The notes under the pieces are model-generated. The model was not told where the DNA came from. It did not search any database and saw only the letters and a program-made list of their open reading frames with translations. A stretch of DNA of 64,000 nucleotides, from positions 1-64,000 of the forward strand of contig JBDROZ010000087.1 of NCBI GenBank assembly GCA_043809585.1, written 5' to 3'. A program made the translations under genes and the position numbers. Positions 42,257-51,445 of this stretch are shown here, piece after piece; the first letter of the stretch is position 1; each line of letters begins with the position of its first letter. The stretch is from Candidatus Eiseniibacteriota bacterium (GTDB taxonomy: Bacteria > Orphanbacterota > Orphanbacteria > Orphanbacterales > Orphanbacteraceae).

Positions 42257-43724
42257 AATCGCGCCCCCGCCGGACGGCTCCCGGGATAGCCTCGACCGCT
42301 CCCTGATCCGCGGAATCGCGTGGACCGGCTCGGCGAAGTGGGGGAGCCAGATCGTCACCTGGGCCTCCACGATTCTCGTGGCCCGGATGCTCCTTCCCGA
42401 GCATTACGGCATCGTCGGGATGGCGACCATCTATCTCGGCCTCGTGACTCTGGTCAACGAGTTCGGCTTCGGGATGGCCATCGTCGCCCTCCGGGACCTG
42501 TCGGACCGGCAGGTGGCGCAGCTGAACACGGTGGCGATCCTCTTCGGCCTGATCAGCTTGGGTCTCTCTTTCGCCGCCGCGCCGCTTCTCGCCCTCTTCT
42601 TCCAGACCCCGGAGCTCCGGACGGTGGTGATCGCCATGAGCCTCGGTTTCGTGCTCGGGTCGTTCCGGACCGTGCCCCAGGCGCTCCTCCAGAGAGAGCT
42701 GCGGTTCCCCCGGCTCGCCGTGATCGAGGGGATCCAGGCGGTGCTCCGGGCGCTCACCATGATCGCCCTCGCCGCCGCCGGGTTCGGCTATTGGACGCTC
42801 GTCGTCGGGAACGTCCTCGGCGCCCTTTACTGGACCGGGCTCACCCTTCACTCGCGCCGGCATTCCTACGCCGCGCCGAGATGGGGAGAGATCCGGCCGG
42901 CCCTGCGTTACAGCTGGCACATTCTCGGCGGGCGCATCGGCTGGTACGTCTATTCCCACGCCGACTTCGCCGTGGCGGGACGGATGCTCGGGCAGGCGGC
43001 GCTCGGCGCGTACTCCTTCGCCTGGACCTTGGCGAGCCTTCCGGTGGAGAAGGTGACCGCCATGGTCGGCCGAGTGACGCCGGCGGTCTTCTCCGCCGTC
43101 CAGGAGGATGACGAGTCCCTCCGCCGCTATCTGTCGAACCTGACCGAGGGGCTCGCCTTGATCACCTTCCCCGCGGCGGTCGGCCTCGCCCTCGTGGCGG
43201 ACACGCTGGTCCCCGTCGCTCTCGGCGACCGCTGGCTCGCCGCCGTGGCCCCCCTCCGCCTCCTCGCGGTGTACGCCTCGTTCCGTTCCATCGTGACCCT
43301 TCTCCCCCAAATCCTGAACGTCACCGGCCACTCCCGCTTCGGGATGGGAAACGCCTTCCTCGCCGCCGTGGTGCTCCCCATCGCTTTCATCATCGGCGCC
43401 CGCTACGGGACGACGGGAATCGCCGCGGCTTGGATCGTCGCCCACCCTCTCGTGACGCTGCCGGTCTACTGGCGCGTCTTCACGCGGATCGGCATGCCCA
43501 CGTCCCGGTACCTTCGCGCCCTCTGGCCCGCCATCAGCGCCGTGGCACTCATGGCCACCGTCGTGCTCGCCGTGAAACGGATCGAACCGGCCGGTTGGCC
43601 CGCGGCCGCCCGTCTCGCCGTCGAAGCGGGGAGCGGCGCCGCCGCCTACGCCCTCGCCATCGGCATCATCCACCGTTCCCGGTTCAAGGCGATACGGTCC
43701 AGCCTCCGGCTTCTTCGCCGATGA
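42249..43724 (+). CDS. Wzx-type polysaccharide flippase (MOP superfamily)
   Basis: G..W......Q......LVARML.PE.YG, EFGFG, LQRELRF, D..V.GR.LG...LG.Y..A; about 12-14 TMs. Confidence 0.88.
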   Translation: MSEIAPPPDGSRDSLDRSLIRGIAWTGSAKWGSQIVTWASTILVARMLLPEHYGIVGMATIYLGLVTLVNEFGFGMAIVALRDLSDRQVAQLNTVAILFGLISLGLSFAAAPLLALFFQTPELRTVVIAMSLGFVLGSFRTVPQALLQRELRFPRLAVIEGIQAVLRALTMIALAAAGFGYWTLVVGNVLGALYWTGLTLHSRRHSYAAPRWGEIRPALRYSWHILGGRIGWYVYSHADFAVAGRMLGQAALGAYSFAWTLASLPVEKVTAMVGRVTPAVFSAVQEDDESLRRYLSNLTEGLALITFPAAVGLALVADTLVPVALGDRWLAAVAPLRLLAVYASFRSIVTLLPQILNVTGHSRFGMGNAFLAAVVLPIAFIIGARYGTTGIAAAWIVAHPLVTLPVYWRVFTRIGMPTSRYLRALWPAISAVALMATVVLAVKRIEPAGWPAAARLAVEAGSGAAAYALAIGIIHRSRFKAIRSSLRLLRR

Positions 43725-43832
43725 CCGGTCCGGTGCTCTTTGAGAATTGAAGTCTTTTCTTCATTCCGCCGATTCTCCGCGGTGCAGACCCCGATCGGAG
43801 TGTGGTTCCTGAACCGGCGCAATTTCCCACGG

Positions 43833-43862
43833 TTGACAGGGTTTCCGAGATCGGGTTACAAT
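43833..43862 (+). promoter_or_regulatory. Sigma70-type promoter of the sat/cysC operon
   Basis: TTGACA-18 bp-TACAAT, 55 bp upstream of the RHH gene; downstream TACGAT direct repeats at 43881 and 43893 are a possible operator. Confidence 0.7.
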
Positions 43863-43917
43863 CTTAGACTCTTTATGTAGTACGATCAGTTATACGATTG
43901 GAGCCTGGAGCGCAGAG

Positions 43918-44139
43918 ATGAAAGAGAGCCGAGTCACCATCAAGATCCCCCGGCCCCTCTATCGGAAGATCACACAAGTTATTGATGGGTCTGGCTTTAG
44001 CTCTCCTACGGATTTCATCGTCTATGTCCTCCGCGATCTTGTCGGGGAGCGGAGTGTCCCCGAAGGGCAGGAGGACTTCTCCCAGGACGAGCTCAGGAGC
44101 ATTCGACGGAAGCTGAAGAACCTGGGGTACCTCGAGTAG
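43918..44139 (+). CDS. CopG/ribbon-helix-helix protein with C-terminal LxxLGY tail
   Basis: VTIKIPRPLY..I...I..SGFSS.TDFI.YVLR RHH pattern; ends IRRKLKNLGYLE. Confidence 0.85.
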   Translation: MKESRVTIKIPRPLYRKITQVIDGSGFSSPTDFIVYVLRDLVGERSVPEGQEDFSQDELRSIRRKLKNLGYLE

Positions 44140-44192
44140 CCCCATGCCGGGCGCCGGGGGAGCCCCTCCCGGGAAACCGAAGGGAACACGAC

Positions 44193-45362
44193 ATGATACG
44201 TGCACACGGAGGCAAGCTGGTCCACCGCATCGCCGAAGGCAGAGAGCGGGAGACCCTGATGGAGAAGGTCCCGAACCTGCCGAGGCTGACGCTGAACGAG
44301 CGGGAGACCGCGGACATCGAGATGATCGCCATCGGCGCCATGAGTCCCCTCGAAGGATTCATGACCCGGGAGGACTACATCTCGGTCCTCGACCTGAAGC
44401 GCCTCGGCAAGGGATTGCCCTGGACGATTCCGGTGGTCTTGGCGGTGAAGGAGGGGGACGGCGCCGAATACAAGGAAGGCGGGCAGGTCGCCCTCGTCTC
44501 TCCGGAAGGGGAAGCCCTCGGCGTCATCGACCTGGAGGAGAAGTACCGGGTCGACAAGCGGCAGGAGGCGGAGAAGGTCCTTCTCACCACCGACGAGTCC
44601 CATCCGGGCGTGCAGTACCTGGTCACGACCGGCGACGTCTACCTCGGCGGCGCGATCCACCTTCTCCAACGGCCGAAGCACCACCGGTTCGAGAACTACC
44701 GCCTCGATCCGAAGGAGACGCGGGTCCTCTTCAAGGCGAAGGGATGGGAGACGGTGGTCGCCTTTCAGACCCGGAACCCGATCCACCGGGCCCACGAGTA
44801 TTTGCAGAAATGCGCCCTCGAGATCGTAGACGGACTGCTGGTGCATCCCCTGGTCGGCCAGACCCGGGGCGAGGACATCCCCGCCGAGGTGCGGATGAAG
44901 TGCTACGAGGTCCTCTTCGAGCACTACTACCCGCGCACCCGGACCGCCCTCTCCATCTTCCCGGCGGCCATGCGGTACGCCGGACCCCGGGAGGCGATCT
45001 TCCACGCCCTGGTGCGGAAGAACTACGGCTGCTCCCATTTCATCGTCGGCCGGGACCACGCGGGCGTCGGCAGCTTCTACGGCACCTACGACGCCCACTA
45101 CATCTTCGGCGAGTTCGACCGGTACGAGATCGACATCACGCCCATGTTCTTCGATCACGCCTTCTTCTGCCGGAAGTGCGGGAACATGGCTTCGTCCAAG
45201 ACCTGCTCCCACGAGAGCGCCGACCACGTGTTCCTCAGCGGGACGAAGGTCCGGGAGATGCTCGGGCGGGGCGAGATCCCGCCCGTCGAGTTCACGCGGC
45301 CCGAGGTCGCCGAGATCCTCGTGAAACACTACCAACAGCGCGAGAAGGAGCAGAACGGATGA
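44193..45362 (+). CDS. sat: Sulfate adenylyltransferase (ATP sulfurylase)
   Basis: HGGKL, SPLEGFM, AFQTRNPIHRAHEY, MRYAGPREA, HFIVGRDHAGVG, LSGTKVR. Confidence 0.97.
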   Translation: MIRAHGGKLVHRIAEGRERETLMEKVPNLPRLTLNERETADIEMIAIGAMSPLEGFMTREDYISVLDLKRLGKGLPWTIPVVLAVKEGDGAEYKEGGQVALVSPEGEALGVIDLEEKYRVDKRQEAEKVLLTTDESHPGVQYLVTTGDVYLGGAIHLLQRPKHHRFENYRLDPKETRVLFKAKGWETVVAFQTRNPIHRAHEYLQKCALEIVDGLLVHPLVGQTRGEDIPAEVRMKCYEVLFEHYYPRTRTALSIFPAAMRYAGPREAIFHALVRKNYGCSHFIVGRDHAGVGSFYGTYDAHYIFGEFDRYEIDITPMFFDHAFFCRKCGNMASSKTCSHESADHVFLSGTKVREMLGRGEIPPVEFTRPEVAEILVKHYQQREKEQNG

Positions 45363-46738
45363 GTCGTCTGGCCCTGATCGGACTGGATTGCGCGGCGCCC
45401 AAGCTGATCTTCGACCTGTGGCGCGACGAACTCCCGAACATCAAGTCCGTGATGAGCGAGGGGGTCTACGGGAATCTCCGTTCCACCCTTCCGCCCATCA
45501 CCGTCCCCGCCTGGACGTCGATGATGACCTCGCAGGACCCGGGGCAGCTCGGCTTCTACGGCTTCCGGAACCGGGCGAGCCACGACTACGAGGATCTCTT
45601 CTTCGCGAACGCCAAGTACGTGAAGGCGAAGACGGTGTGGAACTACCTCTCCCGCCAGCGCCTGAACTCGCTCGTCTTCGGCGTCCCCCAGACCTACCCG
45701 CCGAAGCCGCTGAAGGGCGTCATGGTCTCGAGCTTCCTCACGCCGAGCAAGGAAGTGCAGTGGACCCACCCGCGCGAGGCGGCCCGCGAGGTCGACGAAG
45801 CGGCGGGGGGCGACTACATGATCGACGTGAAGGACTTCCGCACCGATGACAAGGATTGGCTCGTGGAGCAGATCTACGAGATGACCAGGCGCCGGTTCGC
45901 CGCGTTCCGTCACTTCGTGAGGAAGAAGGACTTCGACTTCATGATGATGGTGGAGATGGGGATCGACCGGATCCATCACGGCTTCTGGCGCTACTTCGAC
46001 AAGGAGCACCGCCTCTACGAGCCGGGACACCGGTACGAGACAGTCATTCACGACTACTACAAGTTCGTCGACGAGGAACTCGGCAAGCTGCTCAGCGACC
46101 TCCCCATGGACACGTCGGTGATGATAACGTCCGACCACGGCGCCCGGGGGATGGACGGCGCGATCTGCGTCAACGAGTGGCTGATGCGGGAAGGGCTGCT
46201 GAAGCTGAAGAAGAAGCCCGACGGCCCGACGAAGCTGACCATGGACATGGTCGACTGGAAGAAGACGAAGGCGTGGGGCGAAGGGGGCTACTACGCCCGG
46301 ATCTTCATGAACGTGGAGGGCCGGGAGCCGAAAGGGGCCGTCCCCGCGGCGGAATACGAGAGCTTCCGGGACGAACTCAAGGCGATGATCGAGGCGATCC
46401 CCGACGAGAAGGGGGAGCCGATCGGCACCACCGTCTACAAGCCCCAGGATGTGTACAAGGAGGTGAACGGGGTCGCTCCCGACCTCATCACCTTCTTCGG
46501 AGACCTTTCGTGGCGGAGCGCCGGTCTGGTCGGCACGGGCGTGATCCACACTTTCGAGAACGACACGGGCCCGGACGACGCCAATCACGACTGGAACGGG
46601 ATCTTCATCTGGGATCACCCGGCGAAAGTGGAGCCGAAGGTGAAGGACCCCTATTCGATCTACGACATCGCTCCCACGATTCTCCGTTTCTTCGACATCG
46701 ACATACCGGAGCACATGATCGGGGAGCCCCTCTTTTAG
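45359..46738 (+). CDS. Alkaline-phosphatase-superfamily (NPP/type I phosphodiesterase-like) protein 1
   Basis: [43 protein letters not shown] overlap with sat. Confidence 0.9.
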   Translation: MSRLALIGLDCAAPKLIFDLWRDELPNIKSVMSEGVYGNLRSTLPPITVPAWTSMMTSQDPGQLGFYGFRNRASHDYEDLFFANAKYVKAKTVWNYLSRQRLNSLVFGVPQTYPPKPLKGVMVSSFLTPSKEVQWTHPREAAREVDEAAGGDYMIDVKDFRTDDKDWLVEQIYEMTRRRFAAFRHFVRKKDFDFMMMVEMGIDRIHHGFWRYFDKEHRLYEPGHRYETVIHDYYKFVDEELGKLLSDLPMDTSVMITSDHGARGMDGAICVNEWLMREGLLKLKKKPDGPTKLTMDMVDWKKTKAWGEGGYYARIFMNVEGREPKGAVPAAEYESFRDELKAMIEAIPDEKGEPIGTTVYKPQDVYKEVNGVAPDLITFFGDLSWRSAGLVGTGVIHTFENDTGPDDANHDWNGIFIWDHPAKVEPKVKDPYSIYDIAPTILRFFDIDIPEHMIGEPLF

Positions 46739-46805
46739 GGGAAAGAGGCCCCCTGCCGATGACGGAAGAGAGGAAGCGGAAGGACCCACAAGGAGGAAGG
46801 CTCTC

Positions 46806-47417
46806 ATGAGCGCCAACAAGGGATTCACACTTTGGTTCACGGGGCTCTCGGGCTCCGGAAAGACGACCCTCGCCCGGGCGGTCGAGGAGATCCTCCTCGA
46901 GCGGGGTCTGAACGTGGAGGTCCTCGACGGGGACGTGGTTCGCACGAACCTGTCGAAGGGTCTGGGGTTCTCGAAGGAGGACCGGGACACGAACATCAAG
47001 CGGATCGGCTTCGTCGCCCACCTGCTCTCGCGGAACGGCGTCGTCGCCATCGCCTCGGCGATCAGCCCCTACCGGGAGATCCGGGACTACTGCCGGGAGA
47101 TGATCGGCCGGTTCGTCGAGGTCTACGTGGAGTGCCCCCTCGACACCCTCGAGGAGCGGGACGTGAAGGGGCTCTACAAGAAGGCCCGGGCCGGTGAGAT
47201 CAAGGGATTCACGGGTGTGGACGACCCCTACGAGGCGCCGCTGAAGCCGGAGGTGCTCATCCACTCCGCCGCGGAGAGCGAAGAGGAGAGCGTCCAGAAG
47301 ATCATCCGGACGCTCGAGCTGATGGGCTACATTCCGGGCGCCGACGCCTCCGAGGAGTACACCGAGGAGGAAGAGGAAAAAATCAAGCAGCGGCTCCGCG
47401 ATCTCGGCTATATCTAA
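46806..47417 (+). CDS. cysC: Adenylyl-sulfate (APS) kinase with C-terminal LxxLGY extension
   Basis: [48 protein letters not shown]; tail [16 protein letters not shown]. Confidence 0.96.
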   Translation: MSANKGFTLWFTGLSGSGKTTLARAVEEILLERGLNVEVLDGDVVRTNLSKGLGFSKEDRDTNIKRIGFVAHLLSRNGVVAIASAISPYREIRDYCREMIGRFVEVYVECPLDTLEERDVKGLYKKARAGEIKGFTGVDDPYEAPLKPEVLIHSAAESEEESVQKIIRTLELMGYIPGADASEEYTEEEEEKIKQRLRDLGYI

Positions 47418-47435
47418 ATTCATGGAAGGCGTGAT

Positions 47436-48785
47436 TTGGCGCTGAATTTCCGGAAGAAGAAGAAGGCGGGCCGGAGGGCGTGCGTCTTCGGCATCGACGG
47501 GATGCCTTGCACGCTGCTTTCGGATCTCATGGAACGGGGCGTCATGCCCCGGGCGAAGGAGATTTTCGAGGCCGGGACCCTTCACAAGATGAAGGTGACC
47601 CTTCCCGAGGTCTCCGCGGTCAGCTGGCCGAGCTTCATGACCGGGTCCGACCCGGGGACCCACGGGGTCTACGGCTTCACGGAGTTCGATCCGGGCACCT
47701 ACCGCATCCGTTTCCCGAGCTTTCCCTCGCTCAAGGCTCCCACGCTGTGGGACCGTCTGGGCGAAAAGGGGAGGCGTTCGGTGGTGATCAACCAGCCGTC
47801 GACTTATCCGGCCCGGGAGATTCCGGGGGTGCTGATCTCCGGGTTCGTGGCGGTCGACATGAGAAAGGCGGTGTCGCCGCCGTTTCTGCTGAAGAAGCTC
47901 GAGCAGCTCGATTACGAGATCGACGTGGATTCCCAGAAGGGGGGGAGGGATGCGGACTTCCTCTTCCGGGAGCTCGGCTCGACTCTCCGGGGGCGGGAGA
48001 GGGTGCTCGACTACCTCTGGGAGCGGGAGGATTGGGACCTCTTCGAGATCGTCGTCACCGGCACGGACCGGCTGCAGCACTTCCAGTACGACGCGATCGA
48101 GGACCCGTCCCATCCGAACCATGTCCGCTGTCTCGAGTACTACGAGAAGGTGGACGGGTTCCTCGGGCGGGTGTTCGACCGGTACACGGCGGAGACGGAC
48201 GAAGGCCGAGGCCGCGGAAGGCCGGGCGCGGGTTTCTTCGCCCTGTCGGACCACGGCTTCTGCCGGATCCGCCGGGAGTTCTACCTGAACGCCTGGCTCG
48301 TGAAGGAGGGGTTCCTCTCGTTCCGGTCGAAGGAGCCGAAGTCGTTCGAGGAGGCCCTGCCGTCGTCGAAGGCCATGGGCCTCGACCCGACGAGGATCTA
48401 CCTGAACCGGAAGGACCGCTTCCCGGAGGGGACGGTGCGCGGCGAAGAGATCCCCGAGATCTGCGCCGCCATCAAGGAGAAGGCCCTGGCGGTCGAATTC
48501 GAGGGGGAGAAGGTCTTTCAGGGGGCCTTCCGGCCGGACGAGATCTACACGGGGGCCTGCGTCGCGGAGGCGCCGGACCTGGTGCTCCTCGCGAACGACG
48601 GCTTCGACGTGAAGGGGTGGATGCGGACCGAAGGGGTGTTCGGCAACTCCCACTTCACGGGGATGCACAATTGGGACGACGCCTTCCTCTGGACCCCGGA
48701 GGAGATGCCCGCCGGCTTCGACATCACGAACATCGCCGGCGCGGTGGAGAGGACCCTGCTCGAAGGAGACGGATCGAGTGAGTGA
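47436..48785 (+). CDS. Alkaline-phosphatase-superfamily (NPP-like) protein 2
   Basis: FGIDG, PEVSAVSWPSFMTG, TDRLQHF, SDHGF, GMH. Confidence 0.88.
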   Translation: MALNFRKKKKAGRRACVFGIDGMPCTLLSDLMERGVMPRAKEIFEAGTLHKMKVTLPEVSAVSWPSFMTGSDPGTHGVYGFTEFDPGTYRIRFPSFPSLKAPTLWDRLGEKGRRSVVINQPSTYPAREIPGVLISGFVAVDMRKAVSPPFLLKKLEQLDYEIDVDSQKGGRDADFLFRELGSTLRGRERVLDYLWEREDWDLFEIVVTGTDRLQHFQYDAIEDPSHPNHVRCLEYYEKVDGFLGRVFDRYTAETDEGRGRGRPGAGFFALSDHGFCRIRREFYLNAWLVKEGFLSFRSKEPKSFEEALPSSKAMGLDPTRIYLNRKDRFPEGTVRGEEIPEICAAIKEKALAVEFEGEKVFQGAFRPDEIYTGACVAEAPDLVLLANDGFDVKGWMRTEGVFGNSHFTGMHNWDDAFLWTPEEMPAGFDITNIAGAVERTLLEGDGSSE

Positions 48786-50937
48786 CCGAAGGAAGATGTC
48801 CCGCCTGTGGATCGCCCTGGCGCTGCTCGCCCTGGCCGCGGCGCCGGCCTTCGCCTACATCGGCCCCGGCGCGGGATTCGCCTTCCTCTCTTCCTTCATG
48901 GTCCTCTTCGTGACCTTCCTCCTCGCCGTGGTTTCGATCCTGATCTGGCCGATCCGGGTGGTGATCCGCCTCCTCACCCGCGCGGGGAAGCTGGCGAAGA
49001 CCGACGTGGACCGGGTCATCGTCGTCGGCTACGACGGCCTCGAGCCGAAGCTGGCCCGGAAGTGGATGGACGAGGGGAAGCTGCCGAGCTTCAAGCGCCT
49101 CGCCGACAAGGGGGACTTCCAGCCCCTCTTCTCGTCGTGGCCCTCCATGTCGCCCGTGGCGTGGTCGACCTTCGCCACGAGCACGGACGCGTCGAAGCAC
49201 AACCAGTTCGACTTCCTGAACCGGGACCCGAAGACGTACGTCCCCGATCTGGCGTCGGTGAAGATCACGAACCCGACCCGGTCGATCAAGATCGGCAAGT
49301 ACCGGATCCCTCTCGGCAAGCCGGTGGTGAAGCTGATGCAGCGGTCCACCCCGTTCTGGAAGATCCTCGGAGACCACCACATCTTCTCCCAGATCCTCCG
49401 GGTGCCGATCACGTTCCCGCCGGTCAAGTTCAACGGGGCGCTCCTCTCGGCGATGTGCGTGCCCGATCTCGCGGGGACCCAGGGGACCTTCACCTTCTTC
49501 ACCACCGACGAGGCCGCGGTGAAGGGAGCGACCGGCGGCGTGCGGAAGCCGCTCGTCCGCCGGGGGAACGCGGTGAAGGCGTACATCCCCGGGCCCGCGA
49601 ACAGCATGACCGAGAAGCAGGAGGAACTCCGGATCCCCCTCGAGGTGACGATCGACGACACGAAAGAATTGGCGACGTTCAAGCTCCCCGGCGAGACCTT
49701 CAAGCTCGGCCTGAAGGAGTACTCCCCCTGGAAGAAGGTCGCCTTCAAGCCGGGCCTCGGAATCAAAGTGAACGGCATCGTCCGTTTCTACATCATGTCC
49801 TTCCAGCCCCACTTCGAGCTCTACCTCTCGCCGACCCAGATCGACCCGGAGAAGCCGGCCATGCCGATCTCGGAGCCGGTCTTCTACTCGGTCTACCTGG
49901 CGAAGCTCTTTGGGCCCTATTCGACCCTCGGGCTCGCCGAGGACACGTGGGCCCTGAACGAACGGGTGATCGACGAAGACGCGTTCTTGAAGCAGGTCTG
50001 GATCAATCATGACGAGCGGGAGAAGCAGTTCTTCAACGCCCTGAAACAGACGAAGCGGGGTCTCGTGGCGTGCGTTTTCGACTGCACCGACCGGATTCAG
50101 CACATGTTCTGGCGCTACTTCGATCCGAATCATCCGGCGAACGTGGGGAAAGACGGGGAGATCTACAAGGACGAGATCGAGAAACTCTACGTCCGGATGG
50201 ACGAATTGCTCGGCCGGATCATGAAGGAGTGCGACGACACGCGCACGGTCCTCATGCTCATGTCCGACCACGGTTTCACCGAGTTTTCGCGCGGAATGAA
50301 CCTGAATTCGTGGCTCGTCGAGAACGGCTATATGACGATGCAGAACGGCGACAAGACGTGCCAGGACTGGTTCCGGGGGGTGGACTGGACGAAGACGAAG
50401 GCGTACAGCTTCGGCCTCACCGGCATCTACCTGAACAAGGCCGGGCGCGAGGGGCAGGGGATCGTGGCCGAGGAGGACGCCGTCGCGTTGAAGCGGGAGA
50501 TCGCGGGGAAGCTGAAGGGCTGCCGGGACGAGGAGCGGGGCCGGGTCGCGGTGAGGGACTGTTTGATCGCCGAAGACCTCTTCCACGGACCCTACGTCGA
50601 GAACGGGCCCGACATCTACCCTTGCTTCGACCACGGCTACCGGACGTCGTGGGAGGCGGCGGTCGGGAAAGCGGACGGGAAGGTCTTCCACGACAACGGG
50701 AAGAGCTGGAGCGGCGACCACTGCGTCGACCCGCGGATCGTGCCCGGCGTCTTCTTCTGCAACCGGCGGCTTGCGCGGAAGAAGATCGGCATCGTCGACA
50801 TCGGAGCGTCGGTGCTCGACCTGTTCGGCATCCCGATTCCCCGCCACATGACCGGGCGCTCTTTCTTCCGGGCCGATCCCTCGGAGGAAGCGGCGTCCCC
50901 GGAGGGGGCCGCGGCGAAGGAAACGTCTCGAGGATAG
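48778..50937 (+). CDS. Membrane-anchored alkaline-phosphatase-superfamily (NPP-like) protein 3
   Basis: N-terminal signal/TM (AFAYIGPGAGFAFL...), VGYDG, PSMSPVAWSTF, DRIQHMFW, SDHGF, WSGDH. Confidence 0.88.
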   Translation: MSDRRKMSRLWIALALLALAAAPAFAYIGPGAGFAFLSSFMVLFVTFLLAVVSILIWPIRVVIRLLTRAGKLAKTDVDRVIVVGYDGLEPKLARKWMDEGKLPSFKRLADKGDFQPLFSSWPSMSPVAWSTFATSTDASKHNQFDFLNRDPKTYVPDLASVKITNPTRSIKIGKYRIPLGKPVVKLMQRSTPFWKILGDHHIFSQILRVPITFPPVKFNGALLSAMCVPDLAGTQGTFTFFTTDEAAVKGATGGVRKPLVRRGNAVKAYIPGPANSMTEKQEELRIPLEVTIDDTKELATFKLPGETFKLGLKEYSPWKKVAFKPGLGIKVNGIVRFYIMSFQPHFELYLSPTQIDPEKPAMPISEPVFYSVYLAKLFGPYSTLGLAEDTWALNERVIDEDAFLKQVWINHDEREKQFFNALKQTKRGLVACVFDCTDRIQHMFWRYFDPNHPANVGKDGEIYKDEIEKLYVRMDELLGRIMKECDDTRTVLMLMSDHGFTEFSRGMNLNSWLVENGYMTMQNGDKTCQDWFRGVDWTKTKAYSFGLTGIYLNKAGREGQGIVAEEDAVALKREIAGKLKGCRDEERGRVAVRDCLIAEDLFHGPYVENGPDIYPCFDHGYRTSWEAAVGKADGKVFHDNGKSWSGDHCVDPRIVPGVFFCNRRLARKKIGIVDIGASVLDLFGIPIPRHMTGRSFFRADPSEEAASPEGAAAKETSRG

Positions 50938-50983
50938 CCTTTGGACGAGAGCCCGCGGTAGCGCGGGCCCGGAGGGAGAGAAG

Positions 50984-51175
50984 ATGTTCGGACCGAAGCT
51001 GAAGCTGAGCAAGGACCTGCTCGACAAGATCAAGAAGTACTCGGAGATCGCCGGGTACGCCTCGCCCGAGGAGTTCGCCATTCACGCCCTCGAGAAGGAG
51101 ATCGCGAAGCTCGAGGAGGCGGGGTCGGACGAGGAGATCAAGAAGAAGCTGCAGGGACTCGGCTACATCTCTTAG
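50984..51175 (+). CDS. Small RHH-like protein with C-terminal LxxLGY tail
   Basis: KLKLSKDLLDKIKKY...GYASPEEF..HALE resembles the 43918 RHH; ends EEIKKKLQGLGYIS; GGAGGGAG RBS upstream. Confidence 0.8.
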   Translation: MFGPKLKLSKDLLDKIKKYSEIAGYASPEEFAIHALEKEIAKLEEAGSDEEIKKKLQGLGYIS

Positions 51176-51196
51176 CCGGGGTCGTGCGGTGGGTTT

Positions 51197-51395
51197 CTGC
51201 TGCGGCCGCGGCTCGCGGGCTGCAAGGCGTCGTCTCCATCGCCGCTTCCGGAGCGGGGCCCGTCGGGCGCTTGGACTTATCGCGACGGCTAGGAGCGATA
51301 AGCGGTAGCGCCCGGGGGGAGCAACCTTAGCGAGGACTGCGGTAGCGGGATTCAGGCGGCCTTTCGCCTCGCGATCCACGACCTCGCGACGAACC
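51197..51395. repeat. Palindromic intergenic repeat, related to the 52251-52540 element
   Basis: Shares ctgcggccg..gctcgcgggctgcaag and the end motif cctcgYgacgaa with the element at 52288-52418; internal hairpin ttatcgc/gcgataa. Confidence 0.55.
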
Positions 51396-51445
51396 CCCCC
51401 GCCCTCCCCAGGCTCCCCAGGAACGGCTCGGAAGGAGCAAAGGGC

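Noticed and set aside
44193-47417. Assimilatory or dissimilatory sulfate reduction locus
   Set aside because: No cysH, cysI/J, aprAB or dsr genes in the window; the context is glycan modification. They could still be elsewhere in the genome.
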